A stretch of DNA of 64,000 nt from Lophium mytilinum (Eukaryota), in the NCBI GenBank assembly GCA_010093605.1, contig MU004187.1, positions 744,001 to 808,000 on the forward strand, written 5' to 3'. Below the pieces are notes generated by a model that saw only the letters and a program-made list of their open reading frames with translations, had not been told where the DNA came from and did not search any database. The position numbers and the translations under genes are program-made. Shown piece after piece: positions 49,996 through 62,891 of the stretch; within the stretch, counting starts at the first letter, position 1, and each line of letters begins with the position of its first letter.

Positions 49996-50784
49996 ATGGC
50001 GCACCACACGACACCCTTCCAAGATATCAACGACCGTCTGGCGCACAATCCTACCGGTGCCGAAGCCTCTCCTGAAATGGCCTATCCACAGCTGTACAGC
50101 GCCCCGAACGACGATGATGCGACGCGATACGGAGATCCTGCGGTTGGTGGAGAGGACGACTGGGAGGCTAGAACTCTTGCGGGATGGTCAGACCCCTATC
50201 GTCGAAGCTTTGCAAGCTCGCCAGGAACTCATTCGGTGATGACGGGGGAGAACTTTGGTACCCTGGGCCCGGCATTCCAGGAGACCCAGCACCGCGGCGG
50301 TCCGCCAACTACCTCACCACATGGAAACGCGTACCAACAGACCCATATGAGAGGCTCCCATGAGGCGCAAGGATCTGGCGGAGCATGGTCTTCGGGACCA
50401 ACCTACTTCGGGGTGGCTGGACTAGTCGCTGGTCAGCAGATGGTAGCTCCCGAACCACACCTAGCTCAACAAGCGGCGAACTATGCCGCGCAGGGAGAAG
50501 ACCCTTTCCAAGAGGCCGACTTGGAGCTGGTGCTAGGATCGAGGGAATATTGGGTCTATTGGCCTGCCGCTTACTACGTCCCGATGCCTCACATCAACCT
50601 ATTCGCAGCCGGTACACTTCGCTTCTATCTTCCCGCAAGCTCCACCGAGCAGCAAGCGCGCTTTCGGCCGAGCCAGCCAACGATCTTGAACCCGCCGGCC
50701 GTGCCCCAGTACCAGCCACTGCCGCAACCTCCCATCTCTCCCTCCGCGCACGATTCCGTCATCGATCCACAGCTGCTCGAGTAA
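49996..50784 (+). CDS. Hypothetical protein, EYWxYWP-domain copy B (262 aa)
   Basis: Intact ATG-initiated ORF containing DPFQEADLELVLGSREYWVYWPAAYYVPMPHINLFAAGTLRFYLPASSTEQ and ending in IDPQLLE. Confidence 0.65.
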   Translation: MAHHTTPFQDINDRLAHNPTGAEASPEMAYPQLYSAPNDDDATRYGDPAVGGEDDWEARTLAGWSDPYRRSFASSPGTHSVMTGENFGTLGPAFQETQHRGGPPTTSPHGNAYQQTHMRGSHEAQGSGGAWSSGPTYFGVAGLVAGQQMVAPEPHLAQQAANYAAQGEDPFQEADLELVLGSREYWVYWPAAYYVPMPHINLFAAGTLRFYLPASSTEQQARFRPSQPTILNPPAVPQYQPLPQPPISPSAHDSVIDPQLLE

Positions 50785-53178
50785 GAATTTTGGAACCGTC
50801 TGGACAGTGTCAGGAGGACCTCAACGTAGCGGGTGTCATCGGAGCAGAAACGGGTAGTCGGTGTCCTGAATTGGGTGGTGATGGAACGGCGAAGTTTTCA
50901 GGTTCAGGTTAGATAGGCAAAGGACTACCCAAAGCATCCACAAACCCCCAAATGAGTACCACAAGTGCTAGAGCAATGTATGAAATAAGTCTGAGCGCCT
51001 GGATATCTCACTGCTTTGGCTTCGGTCCTGCTCAATTAACACCACTGTAAGGGATACCGCAGCTAGCAGGTTATTCCTTTGTCAAAAGGTAGTCTAATAG
51101 TCGCTGCATTAGCCTATGTATGATTTTCAGAAAGTCAAAAGATAGTGGAGGCACTTCAAGCAGATGTGGGAGTGTTCAGACTTATGGCCCATCGCTGTAT
51201 GAAGGAGACTGTGCTAGAGTTTGATATGTGATTTTTGTGCCCAATTCAACTCGATTTCGACCCCGAATGAAGCATATGCATTGGTTCTAGAATAGGTTTA
51301 AAGTACATATGTTGCCATTACATATCGAAGCTATGCCTTTCATGATATGGTCCCGCTGCTAGGTGCATTGTGAGAAATAGGAGGATTGAGAGATGATGGA
51401 GCGACGAATTGGTCAGTCTTCTCGAGTCTATAGAGATCTCCAAGGTTCATTGTTATTAAATAACTCTAAGGGATACTGCTAGTCCACGAGGGAACGGTCG
51501 CCAGTTTGTGTCAAGGTTTGTGCTAACAAACTTGGCCCAATGGAAAACCGACAAACCGCACTCGATTCCTGTGCAATCAGCTCTACATACAGTCTATAAA
51601 AGGAGGCCGGTCTTTCATTTCAGCTTCTCATTGGACATCATCTCCCCAGTACTGAGCCTAATCCTGGGCCCGCCATCTAGATCTATACCTGCAAGGTCTG
51701 GCGGAAAAATTGGCGCCCTTCGCGAAAGAGGCGCAACCACTCCGCTTGGACAATCCAGATAGCTGCGAAGGCGAAGCGTCGGCTAGTGCAGGACCTATGC
51801 GACAAAGCAGAATCTATGCCCCGAAACTGTGACCTCCCTCCAGGATGCCTACTCAGAGTCGAATGAACTCAGGCAACACGCAATCACAGTCAATCGAGGT
51901 GCAAAACCTCATGCAATCTTCACCCCAATGCTATGAATAGCGTAGTCGTGCATTCTCCCGCTGCTACTGTGAAGGTCCGCGGACTTTCCTAAAGCATGGA
52001 CTCCTTTGTTTTAATCACTGCTGTGACATTCTAGATATTCTTTGTATATAATGCGCCACTATTGTCGTTCTCCTTTTCTTGTAGATGATCTACGGACGAT
52101 TTGTTCCCTTTCTGAAAGCAGGCAAGCTTTTCCAACATGTGGTCTTGGCCATCCAAGACCTCCTCTTCGCGTATTTTCTCATTTGGGGATGCATTGGTAT
52201 TGCCATAATTGTCATGCCATTTTGTCGCTTGCAGAGACACATGTGCAGATAATCTAGATTATAATTACTACCTCAAGCAGCACGTTAAAGGCTTGTTGCC
52301 TCCTTTAAGCAAGAAATATATCGCCAACACTACCTCTGGGCCATCCTCCAATTTCTTCGTTGCCCTCTATGTAGTTTGGGGACACTGGAAGTTGTCGTGT
52401 AAGCCTCAATACGCGTACTGGGAATCGTGGGGAAGTACTATCAGTAGCCTTGTCCTGCCTTTGAAGCTTACTGGTGGCTTGAAGCTCTCCGGGAGAGCTC
52501 AATCTGTCAAAGCATTGAAGTGATGGCGGCATGGTGGCGCGTTGTGAGCGGCTTTCATCTGCGAAAGAGCAAGATTTAGAGGAACATCTTATGAAAGCTG
52601 AGGACACCAAGGCAAAGAAGTTTAAAGACTGTTAGACGCCGGCCTGACAGCAGGAAGGCCGCTCTCGGGGAGCATTCTCGTGGTCAACTTGGCCTCATCG
52701 TCAATATCAGCCTCAGTGATGTTTTATCAATCAGTATCGAGTGTTCGAACGAGTTCAACACATGGAAACAGTCTATAGGGTATCAAATACGGTCCGCATA
52801 GGGGTGAAGCGGCCAGGAAAGGGGCACACAGACGAAGGCATCCCTGTGAGTTGACGGTCACATGACCTGAAGTCTCATCTGCGCCACAAGACGCTTTTGT
52901 TCCGCTGCCGCAAGCCCTCCTCTCTCAACCGTAGAGCTTTAAACGAGATCCTACAGTGGTCGTTCTCCCCACCGTCAACATTGCTCCGCCCTGTGTAGCA
53001 CGGCCTATACCTTTGCACATCCACCCCATCCACTCCTTCTGGTAGAAAAGTCTGCGCCATCCAGCTCATTCAGCGAAATTCAATCGGTCAGTCTTCCTGA
53101 AATGGCTAGGCGGCCTGCCACCTCTTGCACACGGCTCACTCACTAACCTGCTCCGCGAGATAGACACACCCACGCACA

Positions 53179-54818
53179 ATGTCCGAACCTTCAACTGGCT
53201 TTGGCGGGCGTTTTCGCGATGCTTTGGCTTCTGGTGGAGATTACGAGACGGCTGATCTCTTCGACCGCAATCATATCCTACGAACGTTCTTAGCACTGAA
53301 AGGCTACACTCAAGGCTCCCAGACAACCCACTATCCTTCTCGTGCTTATGATGATCAGTTGTCTGATTCATTCAAAGTACGTCCTTACTTCAATACGTAA
53401 TCAAGTACTCTTGAATCGCACGCTTACTGACATCACAACCCTGTAGCTCGGCCGTCGTTCTGAGTACGTCTCAGGCGTCGCAGATGGCCAGAATCCGGGC
53501 GAGGAACAGGGCGACCTGCTTACCAACGACGAACGTGACGATTCCCAACATATAGAGAACATGGACATCAATCGCAAAGCAGCGGAAGGCCTTGACGGCA
53601 AGGGGGACGACGACCTAGACGCTGATCAAGCGCAGCCCACCTGTCAGTGCGGGCACAACATTCGTCGCCGGCACAGGCAGCCTGAGTCGACTGGCCCTCG
53701 AGACGGAAATAATCCATTGTTTGAAGGCACGTCAGTCAACGAGGAGACTGGTCTTTTCTTCCGATCAGCAGAACAAGGACTGGCCTTATTCAAGAACCAA
53801 CCACTTTGGCGACCTGCAGAGGAACCATTGCCAGAGGAACATTTCGAGCTCGAGCCATATGTTGTTCTAATTCGAGACGCCGTCATGTCGGTATCCGCTT
53901 CCTCCAATCGTTGCGGTGATAGTACTACGTCCCCAGACCAGCCCGACAGCGACGTCGCGTCTCTCGGTCGAGGCGATGATGGTATCCTTAGTCAGGAAGT
54001 CAAAACTGCTGTTGCCGAATTTGATACCACTGAAGTCAATGAAAGGAGCAGTAGTGAGGTACCTAAGACAACATCTACGAAAAGCCAAGGGCCTGGTGGA
54101 GGGTCGGACCGTTGGGGTCCTACTGCTTCATATTATGAGGATCAAGCGATAGAAATTGCAGCTCGGCTTCTGTTGGTATGTTCCACTACATCTTTGTCCT
54201 ACAAATCAACAAGTAACAAGGTCATAGGAAAGGGTGTTAAGCCTACACAAGGAGGGATGGGTGCGTCCAAATTTAGACAAAAGCCAGCTCAACGTCAGGA
54301 AGCTTTACGAGCCAGCACTCTGCTTTGAGGACCGTATTGATGCGATCCTTGACGTTTTGAAGGTAAAGTTGCCTGGCCTTAGTCACGTAGTCTTGCAGAG
54401 TACTGACACAGATTGTAGACACATAAAGCAGCGTGTAAGGCGCTTCTTGACCAGGACGACCTGTATATCGATCAGCTGGTGGCGGGCCCCAACAAGTACC
54501 TAGCGGTGAGTATTGAGGTCCTACAAGTCATACTGAAACCGAGCTGACTCAAACCAGCGCGCAGGGGGTAATAAAACCAACAACAAAAAACGGCGAGGGT
54601 ATTACGCCACTGGACGAGAGGAAGCAAAGCGATCAAATCCCAAGGTGCAGGTCACGTCTCAGGTGCACGATACGAATGGGAGCAAAAGCCAAGCGACAAG
54701 TTTCAAGAAGCGGAATGCGGAATCATCCGCCCGCACAGACGAGGGCGTCGAGACCGGCGGTACCTTAGGTCAAGCCACTCAGTCGCGCTCCGTAAAGAAG
54801 CCACGTTTGGCTCGTTAG
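53179..54818 (+). CDS. Uncharacterised tandem family, copy 1 (5 exons; core introns 54176-54227, 54363-54418, 54506-54557)
   Basis: GLFFRS..PLWRPAEEPLP..PYVVLIRDA; GGSDRWG..YYEDQAIEIAA|; LHKEGWVRPNLD..LYEPALCFEDRI|; HKAACKALLDQDDLYIDQLVAGPNKY|; basic tail. Confidence 0.82.
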
Positions 54819-55627
54819 AGCGGGAAAAGTAAGCAGTATGGGGAAGTTAGCCTGCGAGGTTTCGGGGCGTTGAGACAAAAAACCAGCAATGAAGCATAAA
54901 AAATGCAATTATAAATTATCAGGCCAGACTCACTGCATAATACCCGGTTTTCTCCTCCTAGCTTAGAATAAAGATGCTAGAAGAAGATTCTGATTGAGTG
55001 AACCGTGATGTCTTTACTGTGGCGTTCAATGAACGCAAAGCTACTTTTTGTGCGAACTATAGTAAAATGAATTCAAAAGCGCCATGGCCATTTGAGTGCG
55101 TACTCGCTATGTGTTATCTTTGGTATTCTGCGACCCGGTCAGTATTGCTGCGTTAATGGTGTAACTGTGTAGAGTCCCAATTTTAGTATTACCTATGCGA
55201 GCAGAACTTCAGACGGGGACATTAGTAACACGTGACTTGAGCTTATTGCCTGTCGGTAAACAAACGGCCTCCATTTTAGCGGCTACGGCCACGGACGCTC
55301 GGTCCCCAGCTTAATTTGGACACAAATTAGTGTGTTTTTGATCGGATACTGCAAAACAGACCTCGCTCTTTCCCGCCGCAGACCAACCTCATGCACCACA
55401 AAATCACTTCTGCGCACTGCAATCGCAATATACAGCAGTTTGATCCAACCTTTTCCCAGGCTCGAGTGTCTCAGGAGGTACGTCGAACCTACTTTGGCCT
55501 ACGCAATTGCTTGAATTTGCTGGGTTCGGCCAATCTTACTGTCCTAGCGTCTTTTAGCAAGAGCTAGACAGACCTCATACTAGTCACAAATCTGACGCGC
55601 TTAGTGCTATCTAGGCATTGGGATACA

Positions 55628-57434
55628 ATGGCATACGAATGGAACACTAAGCACGACTTGCCCCCGACCCGAGAGTACCTAGAAGGGCTTCTCTTCAACG
55701 ACGACGACCGACCATTCTCCGGTCACGATGAGGAGTCATTCCAATTTCACGACGGACTCGGTGCACCAAACCTGGAAGATTCCTACGGAGCTTTACCGAT
55801 TGCATCTGGAACTGGGGGCGTCGCTTACACAACAACCTTTCCGACCTACAACATCTTTGATAACAGTGCGTTTCGTGGGCATACCGAGCGGGACCTCCAG
55901 CACTCTACAAATGAGGACACGACTTTCGCCTCATATAGCGACGACAATGAGGAGTTCGACTGGAGTCTCGCCAGTGGAGACGACGTAGTTGCGAGGCCCA
56001 CCCTACCGGCACAAGGGGCGAATGCCCATGGAAAGAACGATCTTTATAGAAACATTTCCATCAATCATCATGGCTTGTACTTCACGTCGGCGAAAGAGAG
56101 CTGCGATATCTTTCGGAGGCAACCTCTTTGGAGGCCCGCCAAAGAAGACCTTCCGAACGGGAACGACGCGCGCGTACCCTACGTAGTTCGCATTCGAGAT
56201 GCGATGATGCGTCTCCCCACGCCCAAGAAGATTGGCGGAACGGGAGATCAGATGAATTCTCAAACTACGGTACAGTTTGGTGATATCGTCCAGACAGGCA
56301 AGAAAGCGGTGGGTCAGACCAACAACAACGCGCACTCAGAGGCCAAAGATGGCGGTGCCGGCCAGCCAGGGACCACCTCCACGCAGCGTCAAGCCAACAT
56401 TGTTCCAAAGAGGGCGAGTCAGAGTACGAAAAACCAGTCTGGCAAGGAAAGCCTTAAGTTACCTACACGAGGACCTACTGGTGGCATGGCTCGTTGGGGA
56501 CCGAACAATAGATACTACGAGCCCCAAGCCATCGAGATCGCCGCTCACATATTGGTGGTAAGTGACATCAAACGGTTGGAGTAAGCAAGCAGGTTGAACA
56601 GTAATTTCTAGGGCAAAGTGATCGAGTTGCACACGAACGGCTGGACTCGGCCAAACCTGGACCCGAAGCAGCTGGAGATGGAGAAGATTTACGAGCCGGA
56701 ACTCAGCTTCGAGACTCGTATCGTGGCTCTTGAAGAGATCTTCCAGGTAACAAAGGTACTTCCTGGTCATGTTAGTGCAAGATACTGACGAAGACTTAGA
56801 ATCACAAGGCTGCATGCAAGGCTCTGTTAGACATGGACGATTTGTACATCGATCAGGTGGTTGCTGGCCCGAGCAAGTTTCTGGAGGTTTGTGTTCTTTC
56901 CTAAGATTAGCTATATATATCAACTGACACCACCAGCGAACTTTGGGCTACAGAAAGAACAACGAAAAGAGAAAGGAGACCTATGCGAAAGGACGGGAGA
57001 AGAACACCGAGGGTGCACAGTCAGCATCGCAGCAGCAGGTTGGCACGAAATTGCCAACGCGAGTCAAACGCGAGGCAGACACGATGTTTGAAGGGGATGA
57101 GGGGGCGAGCAAAGATAACACTTCAGGAGAGGTTGTCCATCCGCGGAAGCCTAAGAAGCCCCGCTCTTCCGGGGGCGAGGTGGCAAAACTCGCAAAAGCA
57201 GAGGGCGACCTTCAGTCTCAAGGAAACACTGGATCGCGTTCGAGCTCCAACGCGGTGGCGGCATCGCCCACGGGTGGTATGAAAATACGACCGTCTCGCC
57301 TTACGGCTCCAGGCACTCCGGCGTCCTATGCAACTACTCCTGGAGACAAGCCGGCTGGCGTACCAGGCGCTTCAACCTCAAACCGACGATCAGGCCGCAA
57401 GCCCAAGCCGAGGATCAGCAGTTCGACGAAGTAG
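55628..57434 (+). CDS. Uncharacterised tandem family, copy 2 (4 exons)
   Basis: GLYFTS..PLWRPAKEDLP..PYVVRIRDA; GGMARWG..YYEPQAIEIAA|; LHTNGWTRPNLDPKQ..IYEPELSFETRI|; HKAACKALLDMDDLYIDQVVAGPSKF|; basic tail. Confidence 0.85.
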
Positions 57435-58545
57435 GGTTGTGGATCATGACGATGGGTGGCTAGCTGTACGCTCATGACCTACCGTAGTCTATGTTCGCAG
57501 ACAGATCGAGCAAGCTGGGTCTCGGTGTTATGTTCTCTAACTTGCTAAGGGGAAAAAGAGCATGAAGATAGGGAATGAATGTACGCAGTAGGCGTGCTTG
57601 TCATGATGTAGCTTACTTTCACTACGAAAAGAACATGGAACAGGGTCTTGGTCACTGAGATTTCCCTTTTTAGGTAAAGGCAAGCGCGACATCGTGTAGA
57701 TGCTCGTCTAGACGAGTGGTGTCTACTAGATTGCGGTGGGTTCTCAAAGGCTACATAGGCAAAAGTCAATAAAGGACATCTCGTCCATAAAACTAGAACT
57801 TCTGCGTCCCTTGTGAACACGAATGACATGAACATAAACGCTGGCATTGTTTCCTATAAGGCAGGAGCATTTTGCAAGCTGACGACACAGTGTAATAAGA
57901 GCAGTTCTGGGGACAAGAGCATGTTCCAGTGTCAGAGAGACTCAGGCAATGGGGGCGAGTAACAAGAATGTGAGAGCCAAGAAGCAAGCAGCATAGAAAC
58001 GAGATATAGTGGGAGAAAGGAACCACTTGAAATGGAAGGTTGCCTCGATGTCTGAAGCTGATGACACGACAAGTTCGCGACCAGCAGTATTGGTGGGGTT
58101 TAGAGGATATTAGTCATTACAACGAACTCTACAACTTTTTACTGTATGCCTCTCCGGGCACGTGAGAAAGTCTTTAGTCTAGCCACGCTCCAGCCAATCC
58201 CGCATAACCTGTGGCCCGACATAAGCCCCAAGGCCCGACTTAAGCATACGCTAAGCTGCGTCCCGACCAACTGCCACAACGCAGGTCCGTCTATCCACTG
58301 ATTGCTCACCGTCAGCGCCACTTCTGTACTCTGCGAACCACAATAGCCCTTGGTAAAGTTCTCTGCTTTTGTTCTTCCCTGAAAAGTGAGTCTTCTTACA
58401 CCCTCATTGGACAGCTTTAACTCTGCTTTTGCTCGGCGACGCTGCATTTACCAAGCACACCAGCAAGCTGTTCAGCCCCCTCCCTCCTATCTGCTCAGTG
58501 TCACCCCACTAACCTACTTTCGTACGCTAGAGATACCAGTACGCA

Positions 58546-60571
58546 ATGCCCGACACATGGGGCTCATCCCCTCCATGGGGCGTACCGCGACAACCAACCG
58601 GCGACTTCTGGCCTTCTGATCGGCTGCAAGGGGTGCTGAACGATGTCTTCGGCGCGAGTCACGATTACCTCCAAACCGTGGAGGGTAGAAACATCGTTGC
58701 ACCAATGACAAGTGGTCAAGAGGTATTCGGCGATATACTCTCGGATTTCCAGTTCGAGGGTGCGAACAACGTCGACACATTGGGCGCGTTTCGCACATAT
58801 CGCTGTGGCGCATCCCCCGCACAAGAGACTCCGAACAGCGATGCTTTCTCGAGTGTATCTGGCCTGGCGAGTAGCAACGAACAATTCTTCACTGTGAGTG
58901 ACTATCTCTAACTGCGCGTTTTTCCTTCTGCATAGAGTAATTATATTAACATCGTGGCTGTTCAGCAGATTCAGTACCCCCAGAGTTACGAGTGGCCAAT
59001 TGGACAACGTCAGTCGACCTCTATATACGACCCGAGCCCTTTGCCCATCAAAGCTACCCACCCCCTAATGCCTAGGCAGAGATTCAACAAGGGCGGGGAA
59101 ATCGACCTGTACAAGGACCTGGCTTTGAATGAACATGGGCTCCATTTCAAAACGGGGAAAGAATGTTACGATATCTTCGAGAACAACCCGGTGTGGAAGC
59201 CAGCGCCAGAATACCTGCCGACCGACGACGAGCGTGCGCCCTACGTAGTGCTTCTCCGTGACGCGATTATCAGCTTGCCAAGTGCGAGCACAAAGGGCAC
59301 AGACGAGGCACAAGAGGCTGGTGATACCAGTGAACAAGCTGAGCATGAGCGCTTACTCACTCAAGCGGGCGATGGCAGTGAGGGTGCGCTCCAGATGCGA
59401 TCGGAGGATGCCACTCAGACAGGAAACAGTCCTGCGAACAACAAGGCGTGCGAAGCTACTCTCCAACAGGCACACAAGAGTACTACGAAGCAGGGGGCTA
59501 GGAAACAAGCAAAGTCGGCTAATGCTGCAGGGCCTGCAGGTGGTCTAGGTCGATGGGGACCAGAGGCCACCTACTATGAGCCTTTGGCTATTGAGATTGC
59601 TGCTCAAGTCATGATGGTCAGTAAGAGCACATCTATAACCAACGAAGAGTCTGCTGATCAGTATAGGACAAACTACTGCGTCTCCATACAATTGGCTGGA
59701 CTCGTCCTCCTCTCGATCCTAAGCAGCGTGACATTGACAACCTGTACGAGCCAGAGCTCAATTTCCATGACCGGCTCACAGCTGTAGAAAATGTCCTCAA
59801 GGTAATAAGGCAGACACGAACATCGTATTTTGCAAGAAGGCTAACAACATCTTCAGAGTAATAAAAATATGTGCAAGTTCTTGCTCGACCTGGACGATCT
59901 GAAGATGGACAAGCTAGTGGCAGGGCCAAACAAATACTTGAAGGTAGAAGCTACATCCCCAGACATATTCAACTGGCTGACTCCCCTAGCGCTCGGCGGT
60001 CAACAAGAAGATCAATGTCGATAGGCAGACATGCCTTGTGAAGGGACGCGAGGTTGTAGCCGAAGAGGATGAGTCCCAGCACAGGGATAACAAGAAGGCC
60101 AAAAAAACTAAACGCAAGGCTGTTTCGATCTCTGGAGGCGATGAGACTCAGACCGCTGGGAGTGAGCTAGGATTAGGGCCTACTCGCAAGGTAAAGAAGC
60201 CACGACCCACCAAAGAGAAAGCACAAGAGTCCTCTAGGGCTGAAGCCAATTCTACTCTCGACGACGATACGCACTTCGCCCAAGACAACACGGCGCTAGC
60301 GGCAGGCTTTCCCACAGCTAGCTCTGGATCTCACATGGCCTTTGCTACAGCCCCGCAAGGTCCTCATGAGGATGTCTTGTCCCATCCTTACGGAGACAGT
60401 CTCATCACATCAACAGCTACGGGATCGGGAATGCCAATCACCACCTCTATGACCGGGGCAAAGGAATGGGACTATCAAGGAGGAGAGTTAGACACGACTG
60501 GTGATGACCATACCCTGGGAGATTTAGGACAGTTTCTTCCAAACACCTGGTCCGACTTCTCGTTCCTATGA
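58546..60571 (+). CDS. Uncharacterised tandem family, copy 3 (5 exons)
   Basis: GLHFKT..PVWKPAPEYLP..PYVVLLRDA; GGLGRWG..YYEPLAIEIAA|; LHTIGWTRPPLDPKQ..LYEPELNFHDRL|; NKNMCKFLLDLDDLKMDKLVAGPNKY|; KKAKKTKRK tail. Confidence 0.82.
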
Positions 60572-61304
60572 GTCTAGGGAGCCGTGGAGGAAGGGGGGGA
60601 AGGCGGACTACAGGAAATGCAGAGGATGAGATTGTTTCTCCCATGCTTCTTGATACTTCCTTCAACGTAGCTGTCCTTGATACAACTTTCAATTTGCATT
60701 GTAACTGCTGAGTCTCAAATTGACTGCCAGCTGGTATGACGCATTGGCACGTTAGAGTATCGAAGTGGCGTTGATGTAGCAGTGTAGATACTAGAAATAC
60801 TCTCAATAGACGTTTCTAATCAAAATTCTCCTATTCTCGCGTCCCATGAGGATGTGGACATGCATGTAGCAAGCCTGTGCTTGCTCTAGTGCTCAACTAT
60901 CAAAGGTGGACATTTCGTGTCGATTTAAGGTTGCATGGCGGGCGGCTAGTCGGGCACCGGCCCTCGGTTAATCTGAAGCCCGGGCCCGCGCTAACACCGT
61001 TCGGGACCATCTATCTACCAAATTTGGGGCTTACCAAATATTGACCACGACAGGCGGAAAAACTCGCAGCTAGCGTGCTCCGCAGCTGATACCCAACGTT
61101 CGCTCGTCTTGAACTCTGTCGGTGCTGCTTAGCGATACTATCTCCTGGTCAGTCGACTCTCTCTCTTCCGCGATACTCCCCGCCGCCAAGTCCTGGAGGA
61201 CTTCAATGCCGCAAGGGCACACTCAAAACATGAGTGAGAAGGACCCAATCTATACTGTGTGGTTCGGCTACTAACAGAATACCCTGTATACAGACAGCGG
61301 AAGG

Positions 61305-62891
61305 ATGTCTCGCCTCTTCCATCTTCAGCTCGACGAAGAGGCTACCCATCAACCCGGGGTCAGCAGCGACACTCACGAAGTCTTCTCCCCCTCTATCAGA
61401 CAGCTCCGTTCGACGAGACAAGAATCCACACAATCGATGTTTGACGACCCCGAGTTCCACTCCTCGCAGATAGCCGGTCAGCTTAGTCTTCCTCGCTTAG
61501 TCGGACATCAGTACGAACAGCAGGTAAGAATTGCCTTGTGTCTATTGATATTTGAATGTCTCTAACATGAATATAGAGCCTTGAAGACTCTGACTCAGAC
61601 GGCGAATATGAATCCGGCCCCAATTCCGAAACTAGTTCTCCCAAGAAACCAAAGCACGCGAAGGCCCAAGGACCGCCCCCAAAGACGAACGAGCTCTTCA
61701 AAAACTTGGTCAAAGATGAAGAAGGCCTATACTTTGGCTCAGCAGAGGACGTGTTCAATGCCTTCGCGGACGATCCCTTGTGGAAGCCCGCTAAGGAAGA
61801 ACTGCCATATGGAGAAGAACGACTTCCCTATGTGATGCGGATCAAGGACGCACTTCTACATTTGCCAGCCGCTGAGAGCATGACGGCAGTTGCTCTTGAC
61901 GGCACTACTGGTGATACAGCCGCTGGTTCTCTAGGTACTGCCGTGGGCAGAGGAATGACTACACCGAAGGACGCGAAAAATAAGTGTGGGCGTGGCGGAG
62001 GACTAGCACGCTGGACGGGTGGCTATTATCAGTTACAGGCGATCGAAGCTGCTGCACATCTCCTCGTCGTGAGTAGCAATGCTGTCCGAGTCTCGATCTA
62101 TCGACTGATAAATATGTAGGACCGAGTCGTCGCCCTTCACGAGCTTGGGTGGTCTAGGCCAAACTTGGACCCCAAACAGCTGGATGTAAAGAGACTCTAT
62201 CAGCCAGAACTCAGTTTCGATGAGCGTATCAACAGTATCGAGAGGGTACTTAAGGTTTGTTACTTGTTGGGTACAGCACAGAACATTGCTGACATAGATC
62301 ATAGTCAAAGAAACACACTTGCAAATGGGTCCTCGATAACGACGACCTCGTGTTGGACAAGCTGGTAGGAGGCCCAGAGAAATACGAAGAGGTGCGTCTT
62401 GTTCGGTGTTCATTGATCCCAACGCGGAGGTAACTAACACATATCAGCGCTCGAATACCAACAAAGTCCTCAACGACTCGAGACAGATCGTCCTGAAATT
62501 CGGGCGCAAAGAGGTCAGCAAGTCTGAGGATAGGAGCAAAACACAGCCCACCGCCAAGCCCAAGCGCAAGGCGAGCCAGATCGCTATTGTGGATAGCTAT
62601 CAGATTAATGCGGGATCAGGCCCGTCTACACCCAAGCGGCGTCAGATCAGCGCGCTCCCATCTCGTAACGGCGCTATTCACGGTTATGCCCAAGAAAAGG
62701 CGGGCTTTGTTCAGAACGCTTCAGTCACTCGAGCTTACCGAAGCATTGTCAATGGCGTAACAGGTGGCAGTTTACTACACCAGGACTTGCCGCCGACTAA
62801 CAACAACAACCGCTTCACTCCAGCGATCGGCTCAAGCAATCTTCGCCGTTCGGAGCGCGTTAGCCGCATGGCGACTAACTTCGGGAAGTAG
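61305..62891 (+). CDS. Uncharacterised tandem family, copy 4 (5 exons; possible extra upstream exon from 61206)
   Basis: GLYFGS..PLWKPAKEELP..PYVMRIKDA; GGLARW..YYQLQAIEAAA|; LHELGWSRPNLDPKQ..LYQPELSFDERI|; KKHTCKWVLDNDDLVLDKLVGGPEKY|; PKRKA/PKRR tail. Confidence 0.82.
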
